A stretch of 64,000 nt of DNA from Chrysemys picta bellii (Eukaryota): the NCBI RefSeq assembly GCF_011386835.1, contig NC_088793.1:8370001-8434000 (forward strand), given 5' to 3'. The notes under the pieces were generated by a model. That model saw only the letters and a program-made list of their open reading frames with translations. It was not told the DNA's origin and made no database searches. This document shows positions 35,010 through 48,104 of the stretch, piece by piece. Every line of letters begins with the position of its first letter. Position 1 is the first letter of the stretch. Position numbers and translations under genes: made by a program.

Positions 35010-38000
35010 ATTGCCAGAAATACATTTAGGTCACCACTTAGTTTTGTACCCAATTCCGCCACCATATTCCACAAGTAGCCTCACTGATACGAACAGGGCT
35101 GTTCATGAAGTATGGTGGCATCCAATGCAAATAAGGGGGCAAAATCTATTCCTACATGTAAAGCTACATCGTATGCATTATACAAATACAACATTCAGTT
35201 TAACTGCGTCATATTTTGTTTGATTTTTTGGTCTGGCCCTTCCTAGATGAAGTTGTTTTTTATTTTTAAACTATGAATGCCTCATGTACTGATGGAGGAA
35301 GTGGGAAAAGGATTTGAGGTTTAATTGTTGTGCCAGTATTCTTTTGACATGCATTAGTTTTACAGTACTCTTAATCTAATAAAAAAGTTTATTATAAAAA
35401 AACAACACACATATGTTTTATGGTACTCCAGAGTAGGGAAATTTGTTTTTTTTTACATGTTCCTTTTCAGATCAGAGCTCTATGACTACAGAAATGTTTT
35501 TAGTTAACATTTAATTTTATACAGCACAATGTAATTAATATTTTATGTTTGAGCTCTTGTGCATTCTGAACACATAAATGACTCCAGACTGCTGAATGCG
35601 TATGTCCAAAACAAGTAATCAATACACTTTCCTTTCCTGACTTCTTACAACAAAAAGAGAGAGATGAAAATATATTTAATTGATTAAGTGGTAATAAGTA
35701 TAATGAAAATGCAATACCACATGATCAGTAATTCATAAGGTTTTTCAAAGAGTTATTTCCCTAAAAGGGAGTGAAATCTGCATAATGGCAGGACTGTTTA
35801 ATAGTGATGCAGAAGTGCAGGTAACATGAAACTGTAAAATTGAAAAGGCAAAGTGGCAGGCAAGTCATGGGAACTAAATATTAGAGATTATTCATGACAC
35901 CTGCTTTAGTTTAATTCTGTGTATTAATCATGCACACAAGATATACTACATGGTCAATTACTTACAGCCAGACAAGAGAAACATTTTTAAAGTCACTACT
36001 GTATATTATAATGCAGCAGAGACCATGATTTCTGCAACCTGAGACCCAATCCTGCAGATGCCACCTTCTCAAAACTCTCAAGAAAGTCAATGAATACAGT
36101 GGGAAAGACTAGGCTTCCTGCTTATAAAAACCTGTCCCTAAAAGTTCTCCCTAACCCGTAGGTTTTGGAATCCTTATCGCCACCCAAAGAGCTCTTCTGT
36201 CCACTCTCTCATGCTACATCATCATCAGTATATGGTGAACACAACCTTTCTGCTTAGAAGCATTGGAGACGGCACCCCTCTGCCTGGAGTTCCCAATCGA
36301 GGTCCAGTTCAATGGAGTCTCCACCCTCTCCTCCTCAAAACACCTGTTTGTGAAGTCCCATGAACCTCCACCTGCCTTCCACCTCTGCAGACGTGCCAAC
36401 TAATGAATCACTAAGAAATACGAGATGCATAATTTTTCCATTAAGTTTAATGTAAGGAAATTCATGCAGACAAGGTGAATGTCACATTTCTTTAAAAGTT
36501 GTTCACCAGTGAGTTTTTATTTTTATTATTAAAATTGTAAAACCCTGCAAACTAGGTCCCTTGCCTTCATGCCTGTCTGCCAAGTACTTAGCACATTTGT
36601 AGCAGCAAACAACAAATAATATCCTCCTGGTCTTTCATTACCAGTGCTGATTGTCCTGTGCCATTGAACAGCAATTCCCTCTGGACAAGTAAGACCAAAG
36701 CCTAGATTTTCACATGGCAGTATACTAACTCATCAGGAGGCTTTCTTGCTCTCTCAGCAGTGGTGCAGCCAAGGGCTTTATTCCCCTGGGACAAGCCTAA
36801 AAAAAAAAATATTCCTCTTGCCTCAGAGAAGCAGAGCCTAATGCTATCACCTAGTGGTTAATCATTGCCCTGGGAGAGTTCCATTACTAGTGCTGTACTT
36901 AGTGGTAAGAGACTAAAGTCTCTGGAACCATGATATGATGTGGGTCAGAGTCCTCCAGCAAAATACATAAGGGAGCAAAGCCTCCAACACGAGGCACTCA
37001 GGCACAAGGCTATTAACGCTAAGAGTACTGTCTGGCTCATTTTTGTTTTTATAAACAATCCCTTCATCATCTCCATGTTACTACAGAACACAATATTCTG
37101 GCTCCCAAATGTACGATAGGAACCTTAGACTATGCGTGTTTTTTTCTTTTAAAGTCAGGCTTTCATCCGATTGACAGGAACCACTTTAGTCTACTGAGAT
37201 AATCTGCTGCAGCAGTGCATGTATAGTAACAGATCCTTTCCCATCAATGTCAGGAGGATTTATCTGGTTAGTGTCCATTAATGCTAATGGGAACAAAATC
37301 CCTTGTGCAACAATAAGAAAACAAATTACTACGTTTACTTGACAAAAATCCTTAAGCAGTTTCCACCAGCATGCAAAGAAAACCAATTCTGAGCATGACT
37401 ATTCTTTCTTTTTTTTTTTTTTAAAGAGTAGAATGTTTGTCGTCTCTCAACTACTCCACATCAAATTTGCTCAGATTTACAAGTAAAACATATGTATAGT
37501 TTTTGTTTGCCTTGTAAACTCACATGTGATCTAAAAGTCAACATGGCTTGTGCAATGCCACCACTAATGAAGACTCTGCAATTAGAACAGTCCTTCCTCT
37601 GTTTTTACTTAATGTAACCCCTAGCGTTGCTTTTGGTTTTCTGGTTATGGAATGTCTTTATGGTTTGTATCACTATTAAAGAACATTGAAAAATCATTTT
37701 CTCCTGGAGACCTTGCATGTTAACATATAGCGGGAGTACGCATTTTAAAAACACCAAGCACAGCCGCAAGGCCGCTTGGAAAGTAATGCAGTTCGACAGG
37801 TAAAGCAAGGCAATCCATACTTTCAAAAACAAGTTGCACACAAGACAATGGTTGTTAAATAAACATGATAATGCATAGCAGAGTCAACTACTATATTATG
37901 CCAATAAATGTTCTTAATCTCAGTACTATTCAATAAGATGAATTGGTTCTCCTTCCTATGAATGCCAGGACATCAAGCACTTACCCACTGACATTCTAAT

Positions 38001-40077
38001 TGAGTCAGCAATTGGAAACTTTAATTTCTGAGGATCAAACTCTGCAGCTAACCTTGATTTTATTTCCCATAAGCTTCAGCAATAAATTATTTTTATACAA
38101 GCTTTGCCTCTGTACAATTACTCTCACAGAGGCAAAACATTAGGAACAGTTGAAAAATAACTTTTGGGGAAAGTTAGCAATCATATTTGAAAGCTTTCAT
38201 CCTACAAACTAGGCTGCAAAAACTCCTACTATCAGTCAGCAGACGTAGGCAACATTGTTATGAGAGTTTTAAAGCCAGTATTATCAAAATAAGAATTTCC
38301 TAATATTTCCCCTGCCTTGTAGAATTTGCTTACAAATTACTACATATCTGTAGTTTTGACAAGGATATACAGCAGAGTCTTGGAATTTTTTTTTTTTTTT
38401 TTTTTTTTGGTTGGTTGGTTGGTTGTTTTTTTTCTTTATAGCTTCTTGATTCCCCCTTGGTGCCTCTCAAAGTGAACCAGCAAATCAGACAAGTTGAGAA
38501 AGCAAACTCTTAAAGTCAACATATTGTAGCATCCAATGACCTCCTTTAGCAAATGGCATATGGATATACAACCATGTTAGAGATAAGTTAGACCTTGAAA
38601 TTCATCCAGACCATATAAAAGCCTATCAAAAGTGTTAAAGAGAAAATCCACATGAGATCTCCAAATTCTTACATCTATTTTACAGACCATGGCCTGCAAG
38701 TTAAATAGTTATATCAAATGACTTTAATGTATATCTCACATGACCAATTTTAAGTTTACAAAATAAACCAATATGCCACCAAGAATAAATATGCCATGCA
38801 ATCAATTAGGACATCACACAGAACTCCAACACATGCCACTTTAGCCAAGGCTCTCTTTTAGCCCCAAGACATTGAACAAACAATAAACTCTTTATTTTAT
38901 ATATTAAACATTTAAACATGGCACAGACCTAGAAAGCTCTGATCACTGAGCCAACAGCCCTTTATCCAAGGTTTATAGCAGCAAACAGATTAAATTACAT
39001 TTCATACCCCTTCCCTACACCCATTCTGCAGCTCTTGCAAATAAGTATTTAAATCCTGTTTGCCTACACAACAAAAGCAACTAGCTTAGTAAGCGTCTTA
39101 CTGTATTTACAAAAGGCCTCCACATTACTGCTCACATACTATGTAAACTAAGCCTTATAGAGATTCATTTCAGAACAAACATTTCCCTGGGGAATCCTCC
39201 ATTTCAAAACATTAATTTAAGACAACTGCATACTATAAATCCATAATACAAATACAATTAAAAATGGACACTTAGCCTACACCAAATGCGTATTGTCCCT
39301 TTAACGTAAAGAAAAATTGAACAAATTGCAAAAAGTAATGTCAACTTCACTACCAGCATGAAAAAGGCTTGGAAAAGAAGAGTGCACAACCTAAAATTCC
39401 AGTGTCGCTGGAAGCTTTAATTCTACAGAATGGAACAGCAAAATAAGACAGCCAAGTTACAAAACAATCATGCAAAAGCAGAGAAAGTCGATCTAGAAGT
39501 GCATGAGCCCAAGCTTGAAAGTTAGGGGATTACCACCATTGCTTGAGGGCCATTACAGAAGCAGCTGCAATATCAGGATTCAAATGTTCCCGATCTTTGG
39601 GTGAGTTTGACCCCAAGGTTTTGCTTACTACCCCCATCTATTTACAATAACACTGCTTCATTATTTGTTTTGAGATGTTTCCTTTGTGAGTATGTTGGTG
39701 AGAGGGGGAAAACCTCAGTGTTCAGAACAGATTTATCCAGGGCTTTTAAAGTTTGACCAACACCTCCTAATTTAAGCACTAAGCCAACCTGCCACAACAC
39801 CTCTTACAGGGTCTTCCACTGGTCAGATACTCCCACTGCTTGGGCCCAAAAACTCCAGTCATCCACTGGTTAAACCCTGATCTCCAATTAATGCAGCATC
39901 CCCAATAAATTAATGCCAGACACACACACACACACACACCCCGTCACTCCACTATCCAGAGCCCTTTGCTGGGAAAGCAAGAAGGCTTCACTCAATCCCT
40001 CACAGCCCTCTGTTGGGATGACATAGGGCTGAGATTAGGCAGGGGGCAAGCTACGTTGTGCAGATAGGAAAACATGC

Positions 40078-40309
40078 GGCACTGCATTTAGCCGTATGGA
40101 GTGAAAATTTGTTAGTCTCTAAGGTGCCACAAGTCCTCCTGTTCTTCTTTTTGCGGATACAGACTAACACGGCTGCTACTCTGAAACCTTTCATTATGCA
40201 AGGCACTGCATTTAGCCGTATGGAGTGAAAATTTGTTAGTCTCTAAGGTGCCACAAGTCCTCCTGTTCTTCTTTTTGCGGATACAGACTAACACGGCTGC
40301 TACTCTGAA
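40078..40309 (+). mobile_element. Penelope-like element: tandem pLTR-junction fragments (124-bp period)
   Basis: ggcactgcatttagccgtatggagtgaaaatttgttagtctctaaggtgccac...cagactaacacggctgctactctgaa occurs twice with an exact 124-bp offset. Confidence 0.88.
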
Positions 40310-40529
40310 TGCTCACATTGTTACCTTGCCCTACTTTCCCTGCTTGTTTCATCCACTTGTTGAGTTTTGTTACAACCGTGGAGTGCAAACTCTCTTGTGC
40401 ACAGACTATCTCTACTATATAGCTGTACAGCACTGATCCCAACTGGGGCCTCTGTGCACCATTATAATAAAAAATAATATTGCTCTTTTCCTGAACCAGA
40501 CCTCCAGCCAATTACAAAAGAGGGAAGAA

Positions 40530-40724
40530 AAAAAAATTAATGGAGATATCCCATCTCCTAGAACTGGAAGGGACCTTGAAAGGTCATCGAGTCCAGCCCC
40601 CTGCCTTCACACTAGCAGGACCAAGTACTGATTTTGCCCCAGATCCCCAAGTGGCCCCCTCAAGGACTGAACTCACAACCCTGGGTTTAGCAGGCCAATG
40701 CTCAAACCACTGAGCTATCCCTCC
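40530..40724 (-). mobile_element. Tortoise PolIII/SINE with a different 3' tail
   Basis: The tRNA head is nearly identical to 8237-8427, but the tail is ...gatgacctttcaaggtcccttccagttctaggagatgggatatctcc followed by a T-run. Confidence 0.92.
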
Positions 40725-40739
40725 TGACAGTAATATCAG

Positions 40740-42720
40740 GAGCAGTGCCTCTCCCCTCTACAGAATCCTCTGTAGAGTTGTCAGGAGCCCCACACAGAGC
40801 CCTGTCTGGGCTGGTTTGCCCCGATGGGAACTTTCTCAAGAGATTGGCATTTCCCAAAACTCTACTACACAGCATAGGGTGACAGACACCCCTCAGGGGA
40901 CCCTACTCCTGCACTGGGATGAAATAAAGGTAGCCATCACAGCATCAGTTACACTTAGTGATTGGAAGGCTGTTAATCATAAAAGACAACTTTTTTTTTT
41001 AAATGAAAGCTGAGATGACCTTTGTCCAGGAAAGATTCCTGTTTACCCCAGGCAAGGAGATTTTTCAAGATCAGGATCTATTATCCTAATATAACAAACA
41101 CATCAGCCTGAGATCCAGCTGCTATTTAAGCAGATTCACTCTCCTGGAAGCGGCTGAAAGGATCATTTTCCCACCATTACAACTCATCTAGGGGCCTTGT
41201 AAAATGTCCGTCTGCATTCAAGCTCATCCGTAGGCCACAAGAATGGTTTTGCAGGTTAAGATGTTGAGGAGATCAGAAAGATACAAACGCTCTTGTCCCC
41301 ACAAGTGCAGACAAGCTCTCACCTTCGAGAGAAGAGGCCTGATTCTACTATGAGATTAGTGAATTCCCAATTCATTTGAAGTCTTACTATAAAGTGTGCT
41401 CAGTACAATCCCAGACATTCTAACACAAGAGTGGGATCTGACTTGTGAGCCAAGAAGAATTTCATTATTGCAATGCCCCAATATTTCTATATTGTTTCAG
41501 AGAGCAGACAAAAGAAAAGGACTATGACGCTTGACAATTACTCTTCCCAGTCCACCTTTGACGACAGGAGACAGGGATGCTGCTATTCTCCCGCACACCA
41601 TCCATCCCACGTGAGAATCAAAAACAAAGCCTTCAATATGCCCCTAGCCCTTAAGCTGGAACTGTACAACTCCACATCCATGAACTTTGCACGAGTTCAC
41701 TTCAGCCCTAAGGCTGAACTAGTTCTTGCAAGCTTCACAGCTCCAAGACAGAGTTTGTGGGAGCTCATTTGCATGGACTCTCCTCTGTCCCGTGACACCA
41801 GCTGTGCTGCTCATTTGAGCGTACCCCATCTCCCTAATACACAAATCTTTGGCACTTTACACAGCAGATCCACCTTTTCTCTAGATAAGCAGGCATGCCT
41901 CTGGAGTCACTTCCCAGAGTCTTTATGAGGAGGATATTTTCTGGTAGGTCATGCCCTTTACCGCTACCTTGGGTAGCCTCTTCTATACACACAGCTTCCA
42001 CTTTTGCCCTCTTGTTTTAGAGTTAGTTGCCATCTCAGGAAGTTTGTTTTGGCATCCTTCTTCTGGGTACATCTCAACATGTTAAAAGTCTCCAGCATGC
42101 TTCCTCCATTTCTCCTTTGATAATGACCGTGGGAGCAGCTGCAACTGCTAAAGTAAAGGCTGCGTCATTATTTCCATTCGCATTCCTTGCTATCAATCCC
42201 TCATATTTTTCCTGAAACTTAACTTTAGGGCTTAAATTTAACAAACCTGGTCTTAGCCATCCTGCTTGCTCCTTTTTATTTTTCCTGCTCCAATTCTTCA
42301 GGATCCTTTCTCTAATATGGGGCCCAAAATCGTCCCCCTAGTCTTTACACATGGACAAAGATTTCTTCCAATTTGGATGGTATTTAGTCATCCCGGTACT
42401 CTTTGCTTTCTTACCAGGCTTTAAGAAGGCTATCAAATTTCCTTAAATGATCAACTCCAGATCCTTTTCCTGATCAGCGTTTTGTAATTTGTGACCATTT
42501 AAAAACATGATCTCTATTTGCCAACGTTCAGTTTCTAGCCACATTACTCCACATTATTCTACAGTAAGTTGCAGAAGCCATCCTGTTAATTATGCCTGTT
42601 TCCTCTAGATGTCTTTTTGGACACAGTATCACAATTGGGTTAATATTTTATTATAATTACATTAGTTTGTCTCACCTGCAGATTTATAAACCTGGCCACA
42701 TAGCTAATCCTGAAAGTCAC
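40740..42720 (-). mobile_element. Very decayed Gypsy-like gag/protease internal fragment
   Basis: The minus strand gives weak matches to a gag LEAFER-type segment (MLETFNML, near 42090) and to a protease D(S/T)G region (near 41110). Many stops and frameshifts. Confidence 0.35.
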
Positions 42721-43212
42721 TGATACCGTTTGAATGTGATTAGGGTCACGTTAACATCATTTCCTGTGACGCTCCTCTTGTCACCTCCCTCCTTCAAAAT
42801 CTGTAACCATTTACTGCTAACTTTGACCTTCATCTCTGGGCCTTTTTTTAATGCAACTGTGTGTCTCATATCCATACCACAGCTGCTTACATTACTGCAT
42901 CAGAAACTAATGTCCAAGAGATCTAAAGCCTTCTAGAAAATTAAGTCAATTATTTCTACTCTTTCACTGTCCTTGTTATTTCCTCGGTCTTTCTAACCAA
43001 TTTTTATCATTGTGTTCATTTTTGTCCCTGATCGGTGATATGGGTGAAACTTATTTCATTTGATAAAATAATTGTTACTTATTTACTTTTAGTAACCATT
43101 CTTTTACACAACTGAATTAACAGTGCTAACCAAATGTTTTTAATTAAAAAAGGGGGGATCAAGAGAAGAACAGGGTGACTTCAAATCTAGAAATATTTCC
43201 ATAACAGAAATA

Positions 43213-43398
43213 CACCTCTACCCCGATATAATGCTACCCGATATAACACAAATTCAGATATAACGCGCTAAAGTAGTGCTCCGGGGGTGGGGCTGCGCAC
43301 TCCAGTGGATCAAAGCAAGTTCGATATAACGCGGTTTCACCTATAACGCGGTAAGATTTTTTGGCTCCCGAGGACAGCGTTATATCGGGGTAGAGGTG
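43213..43398. mobile_element. Tigger-like MITE, copy 3
   Basis: TIRs cacctctaccccgatataa / ttatatcggggtagaggtg; TA TSD. Confidence 0.95.
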
Positions 43399-43634
43399 TA
43401 TTCTACTAGAACTCGATTTACTTCCTTTATTGGAAGCAGGGAGGGTATTCAAACTGCTCTGGCAGATTTTAGGTTTGGGATTTGTTTGTTTTTTGTTTCG
43501 TTTTGTTTTTTTGTTTGTTTTTTAATGGAAATTAGTAATGGTGAAGTGTAGCTGTCTCCTTTAACCACAGAAAAGTTGAGTACAGGCAGAAGCAATTCAA
43601 GTTTTCCCACACTGCTCTTAAATTATTTAATCAC

Positions 43635-43835
43635 TGGCATGGTGTCTATCAAGGTAGTTATATGGTCCTCGTCTCACAATCATTAATGCACTACCCCCAT
43701 TTTACAGATGGGGAATTGAGGCTCAGCATAGAGAGGGTGTCCAAAGTCAAACAGGGTGTGTGTGGCTAAGCTGGGAAACTTGGGTTCTGTTCCTACATCC
43801 CAGTAGGAGTGCACTATCCATGAGACCATCCTTCT
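43635..43835 (-). mobile_element. MIR-like SINE
   Basis: cccccattttacagatgggaattgaggctcag...cactatccatgagaccatccttc. Confidence 0.75.
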
Positions 43836-43849
43836 AATTCTCAGGACAA

Positions 43850-43935
43850 TAGTGGAGGTCAGGCTCCATGGGCCATTCAGCCTTTGGTCTGTTTGCAGAA
43901 ACTACCAAGCAAGCTGCCAAATGGAGTGGTGGCCT
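43850..43935 (-). mobile_element. LF-SINE internal fragment
   Basis: Minus strand ttggtagtttctgcaaacagaccaaaggctgaatggcccatggagcctgacct matches the recalled LF-SINE core and the copy at 30525. Confidence 0.65.
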
Positions 43936-44589
43936 TTTTACTGTTGAGTATTTATCATACCCAGATTTTCTGCAATACTCAGCACCATAAGCATACTCCT
44001 TTTGGCCTTCAAGAGTCTACCTTGATCACTTTTTGTGTAGGAGTGTCAGACTAGGGACTGGAAGGAAAGGTTGATAAGTAAAGTTTCCAGTAAGTTAAAA
44101 ATGTATATGACATTGGTTTTGCTCCCATTACTGGCCACCTACGCACTTTCTTTCAGAATTCTGGCAGGCTACTACTATACAGGTCCATCTAATCTCCTCT
44201 TTATACAGTGTTCTATAGGCAGGCGGGCTACTGAACATGCTTTTTTCCAATCAATCTAATGTAATACAATTTTTTTTAGTTGTTTTAAGTTGGTTACCCA
44301 TGTAACTACAGAAGTTTATGAGAAATATAACACAGGAGATTGGTTGTACAGAATTAAGTTTGTACTTTTTTCCTCTTTTGGGTATACAGCACGGCTAGAG
44401 AAAAGATTTTTTTCCAGAAAGAATGAGTTTCTCAACTCTGAGTTGGAAACAACTGGTGAGCTAAGAAAGATGAAAAGAACTTTTAACCCCGAGTGGGACA
44501 GCTGAATAGAACCAACTTTTGAGTATTTTTTTGCTCTGCCGTTTCCCCTTTATTGGTAATTTAATTTTCATTAACGATAGAGTAGTTTA

Positions 44590-45330
44590 TATAACCCATA
44601 GAGGTCTGAATTTAGAGAGCGAAAAGCTCTATTAAGTCATTTTGTTCATCCCACAACCAAGCTATGATTGTTCCTCTAGTCTATTCTCCAGTGCTTTGTT
44701 AACTCACACAATGGAGCTTGCACCACTTCATTGCCGAGTCTATTCCACTGTCCTATAAGCCTACCTATTGGGAAACACTTCCTAGTACTCAGTGCCCAAT
44801 TTCCTTCAGTCAGTTTCATCCCATTAGGTCTAGTGATACTACTTTGGACCCCAACATCCAAATCCTCTTCCATCACAGGTGTCAACACCCTTCAAATACA
44901 GAGGATTACATCTCTCAATCCTCCCTTTTTCCTTAAGTGAGTTAGTTAAGATATATGTTTACTCTTAATCTTTATCATAGCTTAACACTCCCAAACTTTC
45001 AGGTAATTGCTGCTTTTCACTGAATTCCTCCTTGTTGGCAACTCTCTGCTACTGAGATAACCATAGTTGCACATAGTAGTCTAGATCACCATTTGCATTC
45101 AGAAAGGGTCTATCACCTTCCTAATTTGTCTGGTCTCTTGAAGCTCACAAACGCACTGACTTTTCACATTGCATAGCAAGTTCGTAGCCAGTGAGAGTCC
45201 CCTACCTCCTTTTTGTTTTTAATTAAAAAGATAGCTTTTTATTTTCAATATTTGTTTGATTTGTTTTACTTATCAGCCAGTAATTCTGGTCTCTTCATCA
45301 CGAAGATACTTCATGCTACCACACAGGTGC
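44590..45330 (-). mobile_element. Old CR1 LINE fragment
   Basis: Minus ORF 44676-44888 contains TRPNGMKL..G...LSTRKCF......QWNRL (CR1 ORF2 C-terminus). Confidence 0.7.
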
Positions 45331-45342
45331 TCTTAAAAGTGG

Positions 45343-45720
45343 TTTCAGAGTAGCAGCCGTGTTAGTCTGTATCCACAAAAAGAAGAACAGGAGTACTTGT
45401 GGCACCTTAGAGACTAACAAATTTATTAGAGCATAAGCTTTCGTGGACTACAGCCCACTTCTTCGGATGCATATAGAATGGAACATATATTGAGGAGATA
45501 TATATACACACATACAGAGAGCATAAACAGGTGGGAGTTGTCTTACCAACTCTGAGAGGCCAATTAATTAAGAGAAAAAAAACTTTTGAAGTGATAATCA
45601 AGCTAGCCCAGTACAGACAGTTTGATAAGAAGTGTGAGAATACTTACAAGGGGAGATAGATTCAATGTTTGTAATGGCTCAGCCATTCCCAGTCCTTATT
45701 CAAACCGGAGTTGATTGTGT
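45343..45720 (-). mobile_element. Penelope-like element 3' fragment with full pLTR
   Basis: tttcagagtagcagccgtgttagtctgtatcc...cttgtggcaccttagagactaac...ccattcccagtccttattcaaacc (end of the ORF). Confidence 0.92.
45431..45470 (-). ncRNA. Minimal hammerhead ribozyme, CCGAAGA core variant
   Basis: Minus strand reads gcat-CCGAAGA-a-gtgggc-tgta-gtccac-GAAA-gctt-atgc. All stems pair; the core has U4C and A at position 7. Confidence 0.75.
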
Positions 45721-46419
45721 GTTTGGCCTATGCTGCTGTGTTTCAGAACAACCAATGTACAAAGTGACACCCACTTTTGGGCACATCTCATCCCCATCCT
45801 GAAGCTTCCACTAACTTCTTAATCAATTCAAAGTCCAGAGTACAACTACACTTCTGTACTTGAGATCTACCAGAGAATTTCCCTCAATCGCTTCACTCTT
45901 CTTTGGCTATTTACTTATGCTCCTCAAGTATTTCTGCCTCATTTCCCAGTTCTCCTGAGTGAGCTTCATATCTCTCCCATGCACCATCTCCACCAGCTAG
46001 AATAAGTTCCCTGGGGCAGATCCTCAGCTGGTGTAAACTATCAGAACTCCACTGGATTCAATGGAGCTATAATAGTTTTTCCATGCATCTTAAACCTCAT
46101 CTCTTCACCTATGATTCAAGCAAATACTGTTGATATTCCCATTTCCTCTAAAGTTTGGCCATTATAGGCCTCTTCACCCTGTCCTATCACAAGAAACTTC
46201 TAGTTTACTTGTATTTACTCATACAGACTTACCAGCTTTGAAATACTCCATGATGTTCCTCCTCATATTGACAACAATGAAGGAAGTTCTTACACTGAAA
46301 GAATACTCCTACTTGTAATATACTGTTATCTTAATCTCAGAATCTGGCCATCACCTATTTTAAAAGATTGTGCAACGAATAGTGAGCTTATTATGGTTTG
46401 TTGAAGTTTTTGGAGTCTA

Positions 46420-47050
46420 ATCCGCTTTCATGGTGAACACAGTTCCTGACAGGTATATTTTATTAAACAAACAAAAGCAGTTCTCCACAGCTGTTGGTAT
46501 CACATTTGTTTTTCCTTCTTGAAATTTTCCTTTTTGATCCTTTTCCAAATAATTTTCATGGCCCCATTACAGCTACAATAACCCACTTCATATCATCATG
46601 CCAACTTGTTGGATGCAATCTGGATAGTGTCACAGCAGGAAGCGGTGCTAATACATTAGAAGACCAACAATTGAGAAAGCACTCTTACTATTATAAAGCT
46701 CTACCCTCTGACTTCAAAGGGCTTTCAAAAGAAACAGAAAGGTTTTACCCTTCAATATAGTATTCAACACAGCCTTCTTGGAATTTCCAAACTCTGGCTC
46801 TTTTTTGCAGAATTTCATCAGCAATGTACTACAATCACCAATGACATTTAGGATTCTGGCAACGCTCACTATAATCTATAATTTTGATGACAGACAGAAC
46901 ATATAGAATCCTGGCTAACATCACTGCTGTAGTCTCTGGTGAAGTCAGAATTATTATGGAATACAATTCGAAATACAAAATAATGCTGCAAGAGTTGCAT
47001 GCTTTTCAGCATAATTCCTTATTCCAACAGATGTTCTTTAGTTTAAATAC
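46420..47050 (-). mobile_element. Decayed hAT transposase fragment
   Basis: Minus strand reads VTLSRLHPTSWHDD (compare the hAT TLKxLCPTRWSSRHD motif), preceded by an ELYN...SA segment; many stops. Confidence 0.45.
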
Positions 47051-47195
47051 AGATTTGTTTTAAACAGGATGATTTTTTTTTTGCATCAAATTTACTTGAA
47101 AGTCTGAAATACTAGGCTTAAATAAGAGCCTATAAAAAAACAAAACAAAGGTTACGTTAAAACAAGACCCAGATGGAAAAGTTAAGGTTCTCTTA

Positions 47196-47896
47196 GGGCT
47201 GGTCTACACTACACAGTTAGGTCGACGCACGGCATCTTACATCGACCTAATTATGTCAGTGTCTACACTACAGCCTTCCTCCGCCAATATAAGTGCCCTA
47301 CTACACTGCCATAACTCCACCTCCACAAGAGGTGTAAGGCTTATGTCGGTGTAGTTCGTCTGTGTAGACACTGCATTCCTTACATCAGCTGTTGGCTGTC
47401 TTGTCACAGCTATAGCCCAGCCCCCACCCCCACCCTCAGAGAGCTGCCTGGCTGGAGCCAGGATGAGAAGATGGGTGGCTGGATCCTGCTCCCAGCTGCA
47501 AGCGGGGGCGAGCCAGAGGTGGGCAGCCATGTCAATTTCCTGAGCCATGAAATTGACAAGGATGCCCAGCTCCCAGCGGGGCCTGGGAGGCGCCAAGAAG
47601 CCCCAGGCAGCTTTCCCACTGCTCCTTGTGGGGAACGGGGAGGTGCCGAGAAGCCCTGGGAGGCTTTTCCCCCAGCTCCCAGCAGGGAATGGGGAGCAGG
47701 GGGAGAGCCGCCCACTGGGAGTCTGGGCTCTCATCTCTCCACACTGCCCCTCTTAGGTCGGAGGAAGCACTTCAGGTGAGGACAGGCAACACCAACTAAG
47801 GAGAGTAGTGTAGACATGCACCACCGCAGTAATTACTGCGGTAAATGTAAGTCGACCAAATATAGATTGACTTGCGTTTCTAGTGTAGACATACCC
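47196..47896. mobile_element. Long (about 700 bp) PIF/Harbinger non-autonomous element
   Basis: Ends gggctggtctacacta / tagtgtagacataccc, with a GC-rich interior that explains six overlapping spurious ORFs. Confidence 0.85.
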
Positions 47897-48104
47897 CCAG
47901 AATCATCAAAGCACACTGTGCAGGCTATATCATTTAACAGCCATACCATTAATCAAAAACCATGTGAATGAGGGTTAGTATTACTAGAACACTAACTTTT
48001 GAATTTGCTGCCTTTTTTAATTTAATTTGGTGATAGGGATTCATGCTTAATGTAGTTCTATGCATTTAATGCCCAAGTTCTGTAAATGGACAAGACTGCC
48101 TAAG

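Noticed and set aside
47237-47779. Six overlapping ORFs
   Set aside because: They arise from the stop-poor, GC-rich interior of a Harbinger element.
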